From positions 1 to 45,042 of the forward strand of contig LT649290.1 in NCBI GenBank assembly GCA_900128395.1: a stretch of DNA of 45,042 nucleotides. Direction: 5' to 3'. The position numbers and the translations under genes were made by a program. A model generated the notes under the pieces. The model saw only the letters and a program-made list of their open reading frames with translations. It was not told the origin of the DNA and made no database searches. The stretch is from Stramenopiles sp. TOSAG23-2. Its lineage: Eukaryota. This document shows, piece after piece, positions 34,101-42,988 of this stretch (within the stretch, counting starts at the first letter, position 1; every line of letters begins with the position of its first letter).

Positions 34101-37100
34101 CATCTACTGATTTTGCCCCTTGTTCAAGTAATTGCTTTAATGCTGTAAACAATTGATCTGAAATATCATAACGATTATCAAAAACATATCGCACACAAAG
34201 TGCTTTAATGCAAAAGTAAAACAAATTATCACTCGTTTTGGAATTTTTATCAAATGTATTTGTATTCAGTAATACGCTGATGATACGTTGCGACAATGCA
34301 AGATGAGCTTCTAGAATTTGATCTATATTATTCGCACCACAACCGGCTACCATATCACAAGCAGACCATGAAATTACCATAGAATTTGAATCATCTGCTC
34401 CACCTCCGTTTTTTTGTAATGAAACTTGCGTGAAATTTCTTAAAATGATCGTTGCCAATAAACGTCCAGTGCTAGTAGTGCTTGATCCCCCAAAGTCATC
34501 TAATAATTCATCTACAGGAAAGACCACTTTGACAAGCGAATTCAAGACTTTTAATCCTTTAATTCGTTGCATCGCGCGTAAGCGTCTTTGTTTCAAACAA
34601 TATCCTATGTCTGGGGCATTAGCTCTAGACAACGCAAAACTCATTGCCGTATCCCTAGGCAACTCTGTTGCTTTCTTCTCATTTAAAAGCAAAGATCTTT
34701 CTTGTAACATTTTTCCAAGTTCACTTTTTTCTAAAAAATTTTCTTGAAATGCTTGCCAACTTCGTTTCGTTGGGGTATGTGCTAATTGGTGTTTTAATGA
34801 TCGCCGTGTAATCCCCTCTTCTCCAGTTGGATCGTATGGTGCAAACCGCAATAAAATATCCAAGCGTTTGTCTACTTGCCCACAAAGTTTGTCATAGCTT
34901 ATGCCAGCCAATTGCTCATGTTCACGTATGAACCATTGTCGTTTTTCTTGAACAAATTCCCATAAATCTAGAAGCTCTGCAGGAACAGTATCGCCATCAG
35001 TAGCGCATATTTCATACCCAAGTGCTTTATTAAATTTTTGTTCGTGTACAAGCACGGCCACATAACACTTGCGCAACATTCGATTTACAACTTCTCCACC
35101 TTTTCGCTGCAGCATTTGCATGTACATGTTCGGTTTATATTCTTCTTTCAATACAGAAAGTAATTTTGAGTTCTTCATTTTTCCACCATCTAAAAATGAA
35201 CTTAAAAAAGTAGATTCTTCTTCTATAGATGATACCGAGCGTTTTAAGGATGGGGGGGTCAAAGGATCCTTTGCAGCCATGGGTGTCTTTGGAATCGCCA
35301 TTTTATTTCCATTGATGGACATACTGCCACGGAAAACCAGGGATGAAAGCCATTTCTCGTTTTTAATTTCAAGTTCTGTCGCGGCACTACCTTTGACCAA
35401 CGTTGATGCAAAACGAGATGTTGTCCACGTTTGATATTGTGTTAGCTTGAATAATATCCCAACTTCGGATAATACATCTTCCTCATCTCCGATGCTTTCC
35501 TCGCGCGCAAGTGGGACCTTTGGTTTTGTTTTATCTCCAGTTGGTCTGTAATGGTTTCTCAAAGCAGTAGGGGCATTCACATGGGCGTACCAACCTGGTA
35601 ATAACGAACCGCGTCGATCACTATTACTGTAGCTAGTAAATTTCACTTCATCTCCCACAGCATGCTGAGATCTGGAGCCAGAAATATAATAAATAGTACG
35701 CTGCGGTGCCCCAATTTTACGTGTCCGGATGTTCAAACTACCTTGTGGGTTGTACAATGCCGGAAACTCGCCAGCATTAATTTGTAAACCTGGTCCATCT
35801 ACTTTCAATTTAACAATTTCATCCAACACAATCGTCTTTCTCTCGATTGGCACAGTTGCTTCCCTCTCTAGTCGAAATTTACTTTCATTTACACGAGTGA
35901 AAACACGCACGAGGAGATTTGATTCCCCTTGCGGCAATGAGCCAAATTTAGCACTCAATCCATCAATCATACCGCTTTTCGTTGCCGGATAATCAATCAA
36001 TGCATATGCAGTTCCCCACGTAGCTTGGTCTGGAATATCATCATCAGAGGGACCTAGAAAGTAGGGAAAGCCAGGTATGGATACTTGCTTTGTCTCCTTC
36101 AGCGTAGATCGTTGCACAAGTTTATACGCAATTCTAGATGGAACATCGTTGCAAATTTCAATTAAAGTGATTGATAAGGACGAACAGGATTGGACTAATT
36201 TTTGTGCAGCTAAACAATCAGTATCTAATGATGTACAAAACACCAGTGCTTGAAATAACAGACGGCTTAGCAAAATACGAACTAATTTCGACATTGCCCA
36301 TAATTTAGACGGTAGTTTATCACCAAGCGTGTTTTGATAATTTTGTAAAATATTTTTAACAACATCGAAGAATGTGGACAAATGCGAAATCAATATGTTG
36401 AACAATGGATTGACATCGGTGCTAGCATCATCATCAATATCATCTACCTTTGTATCAAATGAATTTCTATTCCTAGATGGCGTACGTAGATTATCGGGGA
36501 CTCTATTCGATGATTCTTCCGATAATGGTGTGCTAGGGCTACTATACCGATTACCTTCAGTAACTGACATTAAATACGAATGTATGAGTAGCAAAAATTC
36601 CACAGTTTCTTTAGACGTATCACTTACATCTGGAAACTGAAAATCATTCGTAGAATTCAGCAAAAATGTTAAATTCGTGTCAAAATCATTTGATATGCAT
36701 TGCAAAATGGAATCTAAAAACTGGTGTAATAAAATGCTACTGTTACCAAAGTTATCTTGTAATCGCCCTGCACTTATTGTAGCATGGTCCACATTAACAG
36801 GTAAAAACAATGATTTGATCAAATTTAAATCGTAACATCTTGACAATAAATGTTTTGATATTATATTATAAGCAGCAGGTTTCATTGGAAAAACATTTGA
36901 CTTGCTATTTTGAGCTAAAGTAGGATCCATAATTTGTGTCAAGATTCCTATTTTCTCCGACCACGTCTGTACAAAAATTTCCAATGAAACTGTGAATATA
37001 TCCGCAGCAAGCCCAATCAATGGATCTAAATCCTTACTATCACTACCCAAAATTTCTACTAAAATACGTTTTAAATTTTGTTGATATTTTTTTGTCAAAA

Positions 37101-40100
37101 AAGCGTTATCAGTGGTAAGCAATCCAAGGTCTTGTGCATACTTCAAATGAACATTTAAAATACTAACAAGATAAAACGTAACTGGCAAATGTTTGATTCG
37201 TGTTTTTCCTTTTAACGAGATACAATACAAAATCAAATCAATCAATGAATTCAGCATATCCTTTGAAATTTCTATACATAACGGACTTCCATTATCACCA
37301 TACGTATTATTTTGCCTATTACGTTTAGGCAAGCAAATTTGATTTGAAATATCATTAATAGATGCTAGAATACCTCCTGCTATGATAAGAGGAGAAAATG
37401 GTATTTTTCTATCGTTGCTATTGTTATTGTTGTTATTATTATCATCATCATCATCATCTTTGTTGCCACCAGTACTTGCAATATATTCTTTAAATTTCTT
37501 GCGTACACTCACGAGCTCATCCTTTATAGCAGCTGGTTTATCTTTCTTTGAGAAACTAGATTTATTGAACAAGTACCGTTGTATTTTTTCAGTATCACTT
37601 GGCATCATTTTCCAAACATATTCATTTGCCGCATCAATACAAAACGATTCGTTTGAATATTTACGAAAGTAATATCGGCCATTGCAAATACAGTTGTTCC
37701 GATTAAATTTCCATATACATGCATTTTTCCCTTTCTGAAGTGGGAAACCAACAAAAAATTGCTTACTATCAGCAAAAAAGAAAGCTTGTTTAATTTGATC
37801 TTCAGTGAGAAAATCGTATTTTGAACTGAATGAAGTTTTGGAAATTTGATATTGCTGCTTTTTACCACGTATTATGATACCATTTACAATTGGATTGGAC
37901 CCATCAAATTCAATACGCACTAGATGTTTTGTAATTGTTACAGGAAAATGATAAATTCCACTCTTTGACATACCATTCAATACACTATATGGATTGAAAT
38001 CGATTAAAACGGGTTCATCATTGATTAGTACATCAAATGAACGTTTTGTACTTGAAGAATCTAAAAATTCTTCAAATGCTAATGAAATAACAAATTCACC
38101 ATTTGGAACTGGGATGGAATACCAGAAATTATCATTTTTTGCACGGCACGAGTTGTACATTTGTGATTTATCTTTCTTACCATCGGATATTGAATAATAA
38201 CCACCACCAATTCCAAATGTTTTACCATCATTATGGCCAAAATATTTATCCTCGGAAAAGCTGATACCATTACCATCTTTAAATGCATTTCCACCGCAAT
38301 TTATCGCTGAAATCACTTTTTCTTTATCAATAATGGCTTCATCAAATCCATATTCTTTATATTTACCAATATATTTTAAACTAATAACGTTGTTGCACAA
38401 AAATACGTTATTGTTACTTTGATTAACATTTTTCAAATTATCATATGTGCACGAATAACACGATACTGACGTTTTGGAAACTTGTAACAAATATAATTCA
38501 TTCTTGTAAGATGTCGATAACAGCTCTGGTCGTGCTAATACTGGCGGAGACCCAGTTTCAGCACTATCATTTTTCTCATCTTTGGTTTTAGTATTATTCC
38601 CTGTTTTACTCTTCATAGATGGGCTTTTTGAATTTTCGTTTTCTTCCCCTTTTGATTCAATCGTACCATTTAAATCAATAATATCGTAAATAATACTAGT
38701 CTTATCAGCTACTGAAATAAGGTTTGAAAAAATATCCAATGTATCTTTCATCGATCGATCATCTATCTTGTGATCAATTTGGTTTACCAATGCCGCCGTT
38801 TCAACATTTTCTTTTGCATCCATATCATCGCTATCATTTTGTCCTTGTTTATCATTATTATTCTCAGCATCGCTATTACCTGGTTTTATAATATTTATAC
38901 ATTGTATAAATACAGTTTCCAATGTGTTTTTATCAATAATATCGAGTAATAAAGATGATTGATTTTCATTCAAAGCACTATTACTGCCTGTTGTATGACG
39001 ATGTAAAAAGCCGATATAACTTGCATTTAAATTTACAGTACGTCCTTCCACATTATTGTAAAAAGTAGATGCATGTTTGGTTAACATACCCGCATCTTGT
39101 CCAACGCAATTCAAACGTAATAATCCATTGTTTGTGCAATGGACAAAGATATATGTACCATCACATGCCATGGAAGATACTTTTAATTTGGTACGTATTT
39201 TTACTGGTAAATCAATACTCAACGATGATATTTCACTATCATGTTGAAGTGGAGAAATACGACTTAGTGTTTCAAATTGTACTAAAAAATTTAATGATTG
39301 GCGTATTTCTTCAAATGGATTGACAAAGCCAATATCAATATCTGATAAATCAGTGGATTCATCATCTTCCTCCTCATGTTTCTCTCGTCCTTGTTGTAAA
39401 ATTAATAGCCTTGCCACTTGGATAATATCTGAAACGGATCCTCTTGAAATACCAAACGTTAATAAGAAACGTATAAATTCATATACCATATTATCGTTTA
39501 AATTATATCGTCCTTTATTAACAACTATGGAAGTAAAGGTTGATCGAAGCTTTGAAAATATTTTCATTGTTTGTTGTGATAATGGTTTACCATTATAAAG
39601 AGCCAATGGTGATAATAAACCATGTAATGCATTTTCTAACATTTCAAATGATTCTTGAAATAATGTAGGATCGCTTTTACATGCGGTTTTAATCATCAAT
39701 AATCCCATATTTATTGCTAAATTTGATAATTTAGCTTCCACATCAATTTTATATGAAATTTGCCGTGGTTGTTGTTGTTGTTGTTGAATAATAAAATTTT
39801 TATTATTGTTGATGTTGTTGTTGTTGTTGTTGGTGGTGGTATTGTTGTTGGTATTATTATTGTTAATGTCATCAGCTGTTAGTGTTGATTGTTGTTTTTC
39901 TTCCACATTATTTGCACTTAAACTACTAGTACGTGCTGTATCTGCATTAATTTTTCGTTGATATGCTAAGCGAATACGTGCAAATACTATTATAGCATTT
40001 TCAATATCTTCAAATGTTCCAGCAGTACCACCAACATCAACACGATCTAAACCTATCATTGAATATAATGCGTTTTCAATACCTGCTACCGCTACAACTT

Positions 40101-40419
40101 CTGGTTTCCGTTTCAATATACCTAATATCAATGATTCGCGTTCCCTACGTGTAGTTGCAATATCTCTGGATTCCAATATTCTACTACGATAACCATTTAA
40201 AATTTCATAAACATCTGCCAATTCCATACTAGCCGTTCTACATGATTCCACTAAACGTGCTTTATCAGATATCAGTTGGTCTGCACGTTTTAACATAGAT
40301 ATCCATTCCTCATCTGACTGTGTAAATTTTTTAATTTTATTATTATTATTATTAACATTTGTTTTTGTTTCTTGATTCTCCTCGTCCTCCTCGTCTAAAC
40401 GTCTTAATATATTTCCCAT
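25147..40419 (-). CDS. Giant HECT E3 ubiquitin ligase (HECTD4/HERC-like) with malectin, LamG-like, RanBP2 zinc finger and several SPRY domains
   Basis: Uninterrupted 5090-aa ORF; HECT motifs WKVDFVGESSIDQGGPFRD, FLRFCWGRSRLP, LPTGHTCFF; SPRY LKSGKWYYEI..QLGW and LSSGKFSWEV; WECPQCETPN..CEMCD; AINCGG..DKYF..YSIPVPNG (malectin). Confidence 0.95.
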   Translation of the reverse strand: MGNILRRLDEEDEENQETKTNVNNNNNKIKKFTQSDEEWISMLKRADQLISDKARLVESCRTASMELADVYEILNGYRSRILESRDIATTRRERESLILGILKRKPEVVAVAGIENALYSMIGLDRVDVGGTAGTFEDIENAIIVFARIRLAYQRKINADTARTSSLSANNVEEKQQSTLTADDINNNNTNNNTTTNNNNNNINNNKNFIIQQQQQQPRQISYKIDVEAKLSNLAINMGLLMIKTACKSDPTLFQESFEMLENALHGLLSPLALYNGKPLSQQTMKIFSKLRSTFTSIVVNKGRYNLNDNMVYEFIRFLLTFGISRGSVSDIIQVARLLILQQGREKHEEEDDESTDLSDIDIGFVNPFEEIRQSLNFLVQFETLSRISPLQHDSEISSLSIDLPVKIRTKLKVSSMACDGTYIFVHCTNNGLLRLNCVGQDAGMLTKHASTFYNNVEGRTVNLNASYIGFLHRHTTGSNSALNENQSSLLLDIIDKNTLETVFIQCINIIKPGNSDAENNNDKQGQNDSDDMDAKENVETAALVNQIDHKIDDRSMKDTLDIFSNLISVADKTSIIYDIIDLNGTIESKGEENENSKSPSMKSKTGNNTKTKDEKNDSAETGSPPVLARPELLSTSYKNELYLLQVSKTSVSCYSCTYDNLKNVNQSNNNVFLCNNVISLKYIGKYKEYGFDEAIIDKEKVISAINCGGNAFKDGNGISFSEDKYFGHNDGKTFGIGGGYYSISDGKKDKSQMYNSCRAKNDNFWYSIPVPNGEFVISLAFEEFLDSSSTKRSFDVLINDEPVLIDFNPYSVLNGMSKSGIYHFPVTITKHLVRIEFDGSNPIVNGIIIRGKKQQYQISKTSFSSKYDFLTEDQIKQAFFFADSKQFFVGFPLQKGKNACIWKFNRNNCICNGRYYFRKYSNESFCIDAANEYVWKMMPSDTEKIQRYLFNKSSFSKKDKPAAIKDELVSVRKKFKEYIASTGGNKDDDDDDNNNNNNNSNDRKIPFSPLIIAGGILASINDISNQICLPKRNRQNNTYGDNGSPLCIEISKDMLNSLIDLILYCISLKGKTRIKHLPVTFYLVSILNVHLKYAQDLGLLTTDNAFLTKKYQQNLKRILVEILGSDSKDLDPLIGLAADIFTVSLEIFVQTWSEKIGILTQIMDPTLAQNSKSNVFPMKPAAYNIISKHLLSRCYDLNLIKSLFLPVNVDHATISAGRLQDNFGNSSILLHQFLDSILQCISNDFDTNLTFLLNSTNDFQFPDVSDTSKETVEFLLLIHSYLMSVTEGNRYSSPSTPLSEESSNRVPDNLRTPSRNRNSFDTKVDDIDDDASTDVNPLFNILISHLSTFFDVVKNILQNYQNTLGDKLPSKLWAMSKLVRILLSRLLFQALVFCTSLDTDCLAAQKLVQSCSSLSITLIEICNDVPSRIAYKLVQRSTLKETKQVSIPGFPYFLGPSDDDIPDQATWGTAYALIDYPATKSGMIDGLSAKFGSLPQGESNLLVRVFTRVNESKFRLEREATVPIERKTIVLDEIVKLKVDGPGLQINAGEFPALYNPQGSLNIRTRKIGAPQRTIYYISGSRSQHAVGDEVKFTSYSNSDRRGSLLPGWYAHVNAPTALRNHYRPTGDKTKPKVPLAREESIGDEEDVLSEVGILFKLTQYQTWTTSRFASTLVKGSAATELEIKNEKWLSSLVFRGSMSINGNKMAIPKTPMAAKDPLTPPSLKRSVSSIEEESTFLSSFLDGGKMKNSKLLSVLKEEYKPNMYMQMLQRKGGEVVNRMLRKCYVAVLVHEQKFNKALGYEICATDGDTVPAELLDLWEFVQEKRQWFIREHEQLAGISYDKLCGQVDKRLDILLRFAPYDPTGEEGITRRSLKHQLAHTPTKRSWQAFQENFLEKSELGKMLQERSLLLNEKKATELPRDTAMSFALSRANAPDIGYCLKQRRLRAMQRIKGLKVLNSLVKVVFPVDELLDDFGGSSTTSTGRLLATIILRNFTQVSLQKNGGGADDSNSMVISWSACDMVAGCGANNIDQILEAHLALSQRIISVLLNTNTFDKNSKTSDNLFYFCIKALCVRYVFDNRYDISDQLFTALKQLLEQGAKSVDANDNGAIAKSNLSPTTLNLYEFLLFSSINESKIFSSVLKQNLFSLMAGHLEILMQQLRVRNQNEPGLENSNLKYKRYLATMPIQFGSKESVKGIVISRPPNMDFSYVISMKIYLHHLSKEQDTVLFKTGNVHKCTENDKTQSCAFIDKKTAHVQFKTKVRRSKEVQITEVQSDVEVEINQWVSLTFARKRLPKGSDQLYIFINGKIAGTTDITYGNNVAETKNGDISEGTKSNTDNIPIIDISNAVHQPASSDGKDDATVSTRLPLYVGVPSMAPHYATSATATEIAEKYLHDIDNFMFEGLATSIIVCSDMNMVKNIMMINDNTATKSMLSSSINKLHVDMEWILDLMYRCTLTQEPKQSLASLRLVSILLSIIEGHDSDNKGDINTFDILNSTAPANKFKAIKILSSLLMEIIPQNIENDEMFCKNLTPGTVVQRLFSIYVSLDCLIESGGNRDENDALNAQCYSEFSARFILEIGTLFQNLLSSSLWSVFVVKTLCGEMQRMFNNGDKELGLEQKDNGTYDIWRVLSALTLLNTTSYKIRIGSIVKILSTDKNSKLPTNRQGRIVYLDEQKNCASVVLADGEVVEDMELDQFELSCEASVISDTINSSNLKTIFNNAVQLLQLKSASLTVIGTTYRYRLMQFISSVIDSLCKEGNDLIIDDTCLRELLRVASTSVLIQNEFPSFDDLNQKMEELKMSLRDINLSQVEINKLTSPAMLQVSEKADDGHFQVFSTGSLLEIDDQTTYRVNSDLGDEWECPQCETPNETDVQNCEMCDFERPKLAGIVLGEVWPQSLTMDLFHVPGLGRKSYTVHETSELMKKGYGVNWHGQATLANTISAQPNASFEFKINNLKQHADHNVEAGNFIRCGLMKENIDISEELESNDIFAWNSQGKMFKATNRLANEAKEVQKLHVSYICNVDDTIKQQQSVVCEDPSGPFLCSVKRHFPTWRLNDISLKSGKWYYEIDVVGDVSGSCPQLGWADEEFKCYDGVGKGVGDCKHSWGVDGYRKRVWNAADTAYGKKWENGDRIGLAVDIDKKTMGFYVNNEYQGDAFVNCNFTGGLYPAFTLSGHGRMKIRVFFGGTGKLKYAPPQGYKAVYDYFGIIYSKRKKARENFKLMPIDINKQTSRYMLQTLRDMDDIISKSNSESVDDVLLGGGSSSASGISPEPLVRTVSELHNLTLAPRKKKKGEEANAEGKTSDLSIYTDKNFCSLFEKAVDVETMPIWKENDVVKVERDYKLSRLSLYVNGSLAHTMTQIPATVLQPFIEIAGANTSITMLQSNVGGVRTKVSNDISVKTSNKTYPYNFQDVLQDKSVYVGICCKASAEVELVRLYIQVDNSNGHVKDFSGHMNFLSLQKAGQINGKLADNSTVELSGYCTSSSNAKQLEKCTFEISMLSSSSLDLIGTSMDGECTLFLRKQNTEVALRLNKSSFINFGYLGFSKTADFTFETWLRTENIERDQGCILRVGDVASNALLFSMSNTKFILTGMERNNGSSGKEKLISDILTYDLFESDEMSNDTTPGTVENVWQHIAFSFIRPSKRIQQWEPAGDTFKVFDNPQDTFKAKKILKPILGPIILSNIPDNVPYLHCWDINIVSRKSGIRIGVIFEDDTLPLSKRICYISTRKIDSIHICGVDYPVDDPPQVPCSNGDTITVLYNSEIETLSFFLNFTYLSQCQIHETALRPSQIHPFVALGSDGDSVETSTATKTKLTVGIWTFFKNSKIICQMPSIFEPGKVQGQFTIGCDENETKFKSFNGQIGECRVWERGLTQSDLSNTSREPVPTRKPMKGLIHWYPMMVGVGNVAYDVKASSHGLICHPDWIADSKDFRISSPERMYWNSILCHSALKIDPIDPSRVRQTSTSAQGRTVLGDIPLSSGKFSWEVRVNKLNRYCNIGVGTKKTSLTSFVGSNSESWGLYNAGDAFHNNEKSHATSTKYQGGDVVTVYVDTVLGTLTWGINGEMVGFKYTNIRGKVLYPAVTLYYDKDDVTIRNMKSESETTRILHATVKREFELASTFFDSNDFQVSVPGEKSDGKKRVGELVNMFRLLNNGNDGINRNQESKSSVNDTGSNVTSPNSKRHKSLKKAIEFVGDVGDICSCALSNAFDGSFETADHLIPQSSKLCDNAQKVVCAQGPLWRLSLMSQTIHTASALEILYARRATLRLLELSKNNSARLVKALNGDVSNIFKVCQLLVASSSDSEIDLLGTYMQQILKQDSPESKSLSRAVLAESIFVLMRSICTMNSVYKGTLTSEHLDVIDDRSAIENPNPKFGFWLLGLVLDVPEFLRLHSSSILAALLSFISLSEGTLRSEGLEVLVRMVTLVQQNFKVWEKPLIDRVLNHFDGQLDSLFKSKSSRRSKYMANLVRLYLVLSKMDARVLASLPAWLNDILCCFSLCEKISGNNTNNNNYGDVVISDESIDQDNVEGNTTEGATITKGEKQYVVKTVRELGFQNNENLQMFASEKETTKVPTFDKLTFSIMKSLVQCLNHLLKKKSTSSSNTQLKDLVLSVQFDSNVTSRFKALNDVSPEILQWGTCILFAINKSFVTLTDFISFEPDVPKLSLLKQIMEYRQFLLWNLKLLLWQDTLKSTYANADNYQSITIDRLATYSLRGKTATVETLNKSIFGQIFKRLHYIDPKMLRHKSKEMGGPYGTWKVDFVGESSIDQGGPFRDTLTQCVTDLWAEHVMMLVKVPNNRNNSGEFGRDKLVPNPENISDDHLQMWRFVGKIMGIALRINNPLPFDLPSLVWKILVSEEINRFDLKAIDESFYQINERILKCDANDIEGFKLSHVVINNAGEEKELMKGGDEVPVTGSNYVEYVSMCEQYRINELKQQCLAIKAGISTIVPVGMLHLWTWEELELNVCGKKGFDIDLLKEHTEFKDSYENNLQFQGWLWKSLEALDEEERENFLRFCWGRSRLPVAKDGWTHKFAVHPKSGDDNALPTGHTCFFQIDIPRYTSQEILEKRLRTAVKWGNGAIDDD

Positions 40420-40624
40420 GATGATGGTTTGTTAGTAATATGATGGTATATATATATATATGTAAAAATATACGGTCTGTTCTCTCTCTTCAGATCAATA
40501 TATACATATATGTCTATCTATACCGAATGGTGTGAATATATTTAGTCTTTTTAAATTAGATTTATTATTTTATATTTACAGTTGTTAGATATATATATAA
40601 TAGCACACTACTATTGAAAAATTC

Positions 40625-40930
40625 AATTATTATTATTTATTATTCAATTTCAATTCTTCTTCCTTTTATATACTTCTTCTTTCTTGGATCCTTGGATTCT
40701 TAAGGTATTTTGTATCCTAGCAAATGACCATATTGCATACTTGAAAGGGAATTTAGAATATCAATCATTTATTATTATTCAATTTTTTCAATTCTTTTTA
40801 TTCTTATATTCTGCTATTTTCTTATTCTGTGCTGTTGTAATTTTTCTTGGATTCTTGGATTCTTAAGGTATTTTTTATCCTAGCAAATGACCATATTGCA
40901 TACTTGAAAGGGAATTTAGAATATCAATCA
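40625..40930. repeat. Imperfect tandem duplication, probably two alleles in series
   Basis: An 87-bp block at 40681-40767 and 40844-40930 differs by 2 SNPs; the upstream T-rich segments are related but diverged. Confidence 0.8.
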
Positions 40931-41375
40931 CACCGATAAACAAATTGATAAGCTTTTAGCTTTTAGCAGTTTAGCAGTACACAGCACTGAAATACTGAAA
41001 TACCATATTTTGAGCAAAAAAGCTATATCGACAAAGTGACCGAAATTACAAAAAAAATAGATTTGTATCCATATAAATATCCGATATTATCATTATCATA
41101 GTGAATAATATAGCATGGTGGTATAGGGTAGATAATGAAAAGCTCCTCCAGCCCTACTTACTCATAAATTCCTCCTCCTCAACACAAAGTACCAAATAAA
41201 ATCTATATATCATTTTGAATCAACAAGGAGATAGATAAAAGAGAAGAGGGGATGTGCTGGGTGAGAGACAATTGGAAAAAAAAAGAGAAGTAAAAGGAAA
41301 TTGTTTCTTTAAAGATTTTAACCATTAAGTTTTCTAAATAATAAATTTATAACAACAGTAAATATACAAGAAAGA

Positions 41376-42749
41376 ATGTGGAGCAACAAAGCCAATACAG
41401 AATCTGCTGGGCTTATACCTGGTAGAAAAACAATAGGGCCATTGCTATTAATGTTTGCAACAACAACTTTTGTTGTATTATGTTGGATGACCCAAGAAAA
41501 ATTTCATGGATCATTATCAAATTTATTTTCATATATCATTGAAAATGGTTTTATCGCCACATTAAAAGATGGAGTATATGGCGTTGGGGATGATTACAGT
41601 GGTATGGTGCCAACTATGGATCATTGGAAAATATTAGCATATTTTTCTGCGTTTGAGTTAATTTTAATGAAATTACCAGTTGGAAGAGAATTTAACGGCC
41701 CCGTAACACCAGAAGGGAATGTACCAAAATATACAGATAATGCATTTGCATCATATGTAATCACTATTGTTACATTTATTGTTGGTGTGGAAATGGAATG
41801 GTGGAAAGGTTCGATTTTAATTACAAATTGGGGACCAATGTTATTAGCAATGAATATCTTTGCTTTATTTTTTTGCATTTTCTTAACATTGAAAGGTTTA
41901 TATTTTCCATCCACTACGGATTGTGGTACCACTGGTAATTTTATTGTTGATTTTTATTGGGGTACGGAATTATATCCAAGAATCTTTGGTTGGGATGTAA
42001 AGGTATTTACAAATTGTCGTTTTGGTTTAATGTTATGGGCATTGTTGCCAATCTCCGTTGCATATGCACAAAAAGAAGAATTTAATGGAATATCGAATGA
42101 AATTATTGTTAATTGTTTATTGCAATTAGTATATTTAAGTAAATTTTATTGGTGGGAAAGTGGTTACATGAGTACTGTGGATATCATGCATGACAGAGCT
42201 GGTTATTACATATGTTGGGGATGTTTAGTATGGGTACCAACTATTTACACGATGACATCGCAATATATTTATTTCAAATTTAAATCACAAAGTAGTTTAA
42301 ATATTGATAATGCATTATCAGCAGAACTTGCCATGGTATATGTTGTATTAGGTATTGCATCTATCTTTGCAAATTACGATGCGGATAATCATCGTGCTGT
42401 ATTTCGTCAATTTAATGGAAACGTGAATATCTTTGGTTCACCAGCGAAATGTATTGTTGCGAAATATACACCACAAAATGGTAAACAAAAAACATCATTA
42501 CTGTTACTAAGTGGATATTGGGGTATTTCACGTCATTTCCATTATTTACCTGAAATTTTATTAAGTATTTTTTGGTGCATCCCAGCTGGTTTTGATCATT
42601 TCCTACCGCATTTTTATTATATCTTCTTAACCATTTTGTTAATGGATCGAAGTGTTCGTGATGAAGGACGTTGTACCAATAAATATGGTAAATATTATTT
42701 GCAATACAAAGAGGAAGTGCCATATAAAATCATACCAGGTGTGTTTTAA
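41376..42749 (+). CDS. DHCR7: 7-dehydrocholesterol (sterol delta-7) reductase, DWF5-type
   Basis: ERG4/ERG24 family motifs DFYWGTELYPRI, DVKVFTNCRFG, DIMHDRAGYYICWGCLVWVP, LLLSGYWGISRHFHYLPE, RDEGRCTNKYG. Confidence 0.93.
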   Translation: MWSNKANTESAGLIPGRKTIGPLLLMFATTTFVVLCWMTQEKFHGSLSNLFSYIIENGFIATLKDGVYGVGDDYSGMVPTMDHWKILAYFSAFELILMKLPVGREFNGPVTPEGNVPKYTDNAFASYVITIVTFIVGVEMEWWKGSILITNWGPMLLAMNIFALFFCIFLTLKGLYFPSTTDCGTTGNFIVDFYWGTELYPRIFGWDVKVFTNCRFGLMLWALLPISVAYAQKEEFNGISNEIIVNCLLQLVYLSKFYWWESGYMSTVDIMHDRAGYYICWGCLVWVPTIYTMTSQYIYFKFKSQSSLNIDNALSAELAMVYVVLGIASIFANYDADNHRAVFRQFNGNVNIFGSPAKCIVAKYTPQNGKQKTSLLLLSGYWGISRHFHYLPEILLSIFWCIPAGFDHFLPHFYYIFLTILLMDRSVRDEGRCTNKYGKYYLQYKEEVPYKIIPGVF

Positions 42750-42942
42750 CAAAAGTAATTATATACACTGGGTATATTTTAATAATATAGCGCAAAGAGA
42801 TTGATATGAACGTGAATTTGAGAAAATGTTCGAGGTGTGTAGTGTGTAGTGTGTGTGGAGTTTGGAGTTTGGTGAAATGTGTATCTACACACCTTTAAAC
42901 GAGTTCCTTCAACTAAAATGATTAATATTTTCGATTTTAATT

Positions 42943-42963
42943 ACACACACACACACACACACA
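42943..42963. repeat. (AC)n microsatellite
   Basis: acacacacacacacacacaca. Confidence 0.9.
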
Positions 42964-42988
42964 GTATGTCAAACCAACTTTTTCTTTT

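Noticed and set aside
7703-42749. Functional gene cluster (endolysosomal/ubiquitin/sterol)
   Set aside because: Unrelated housekeeping genes are interspersed, and there is no evidence of co-regulation or a shared pathway.
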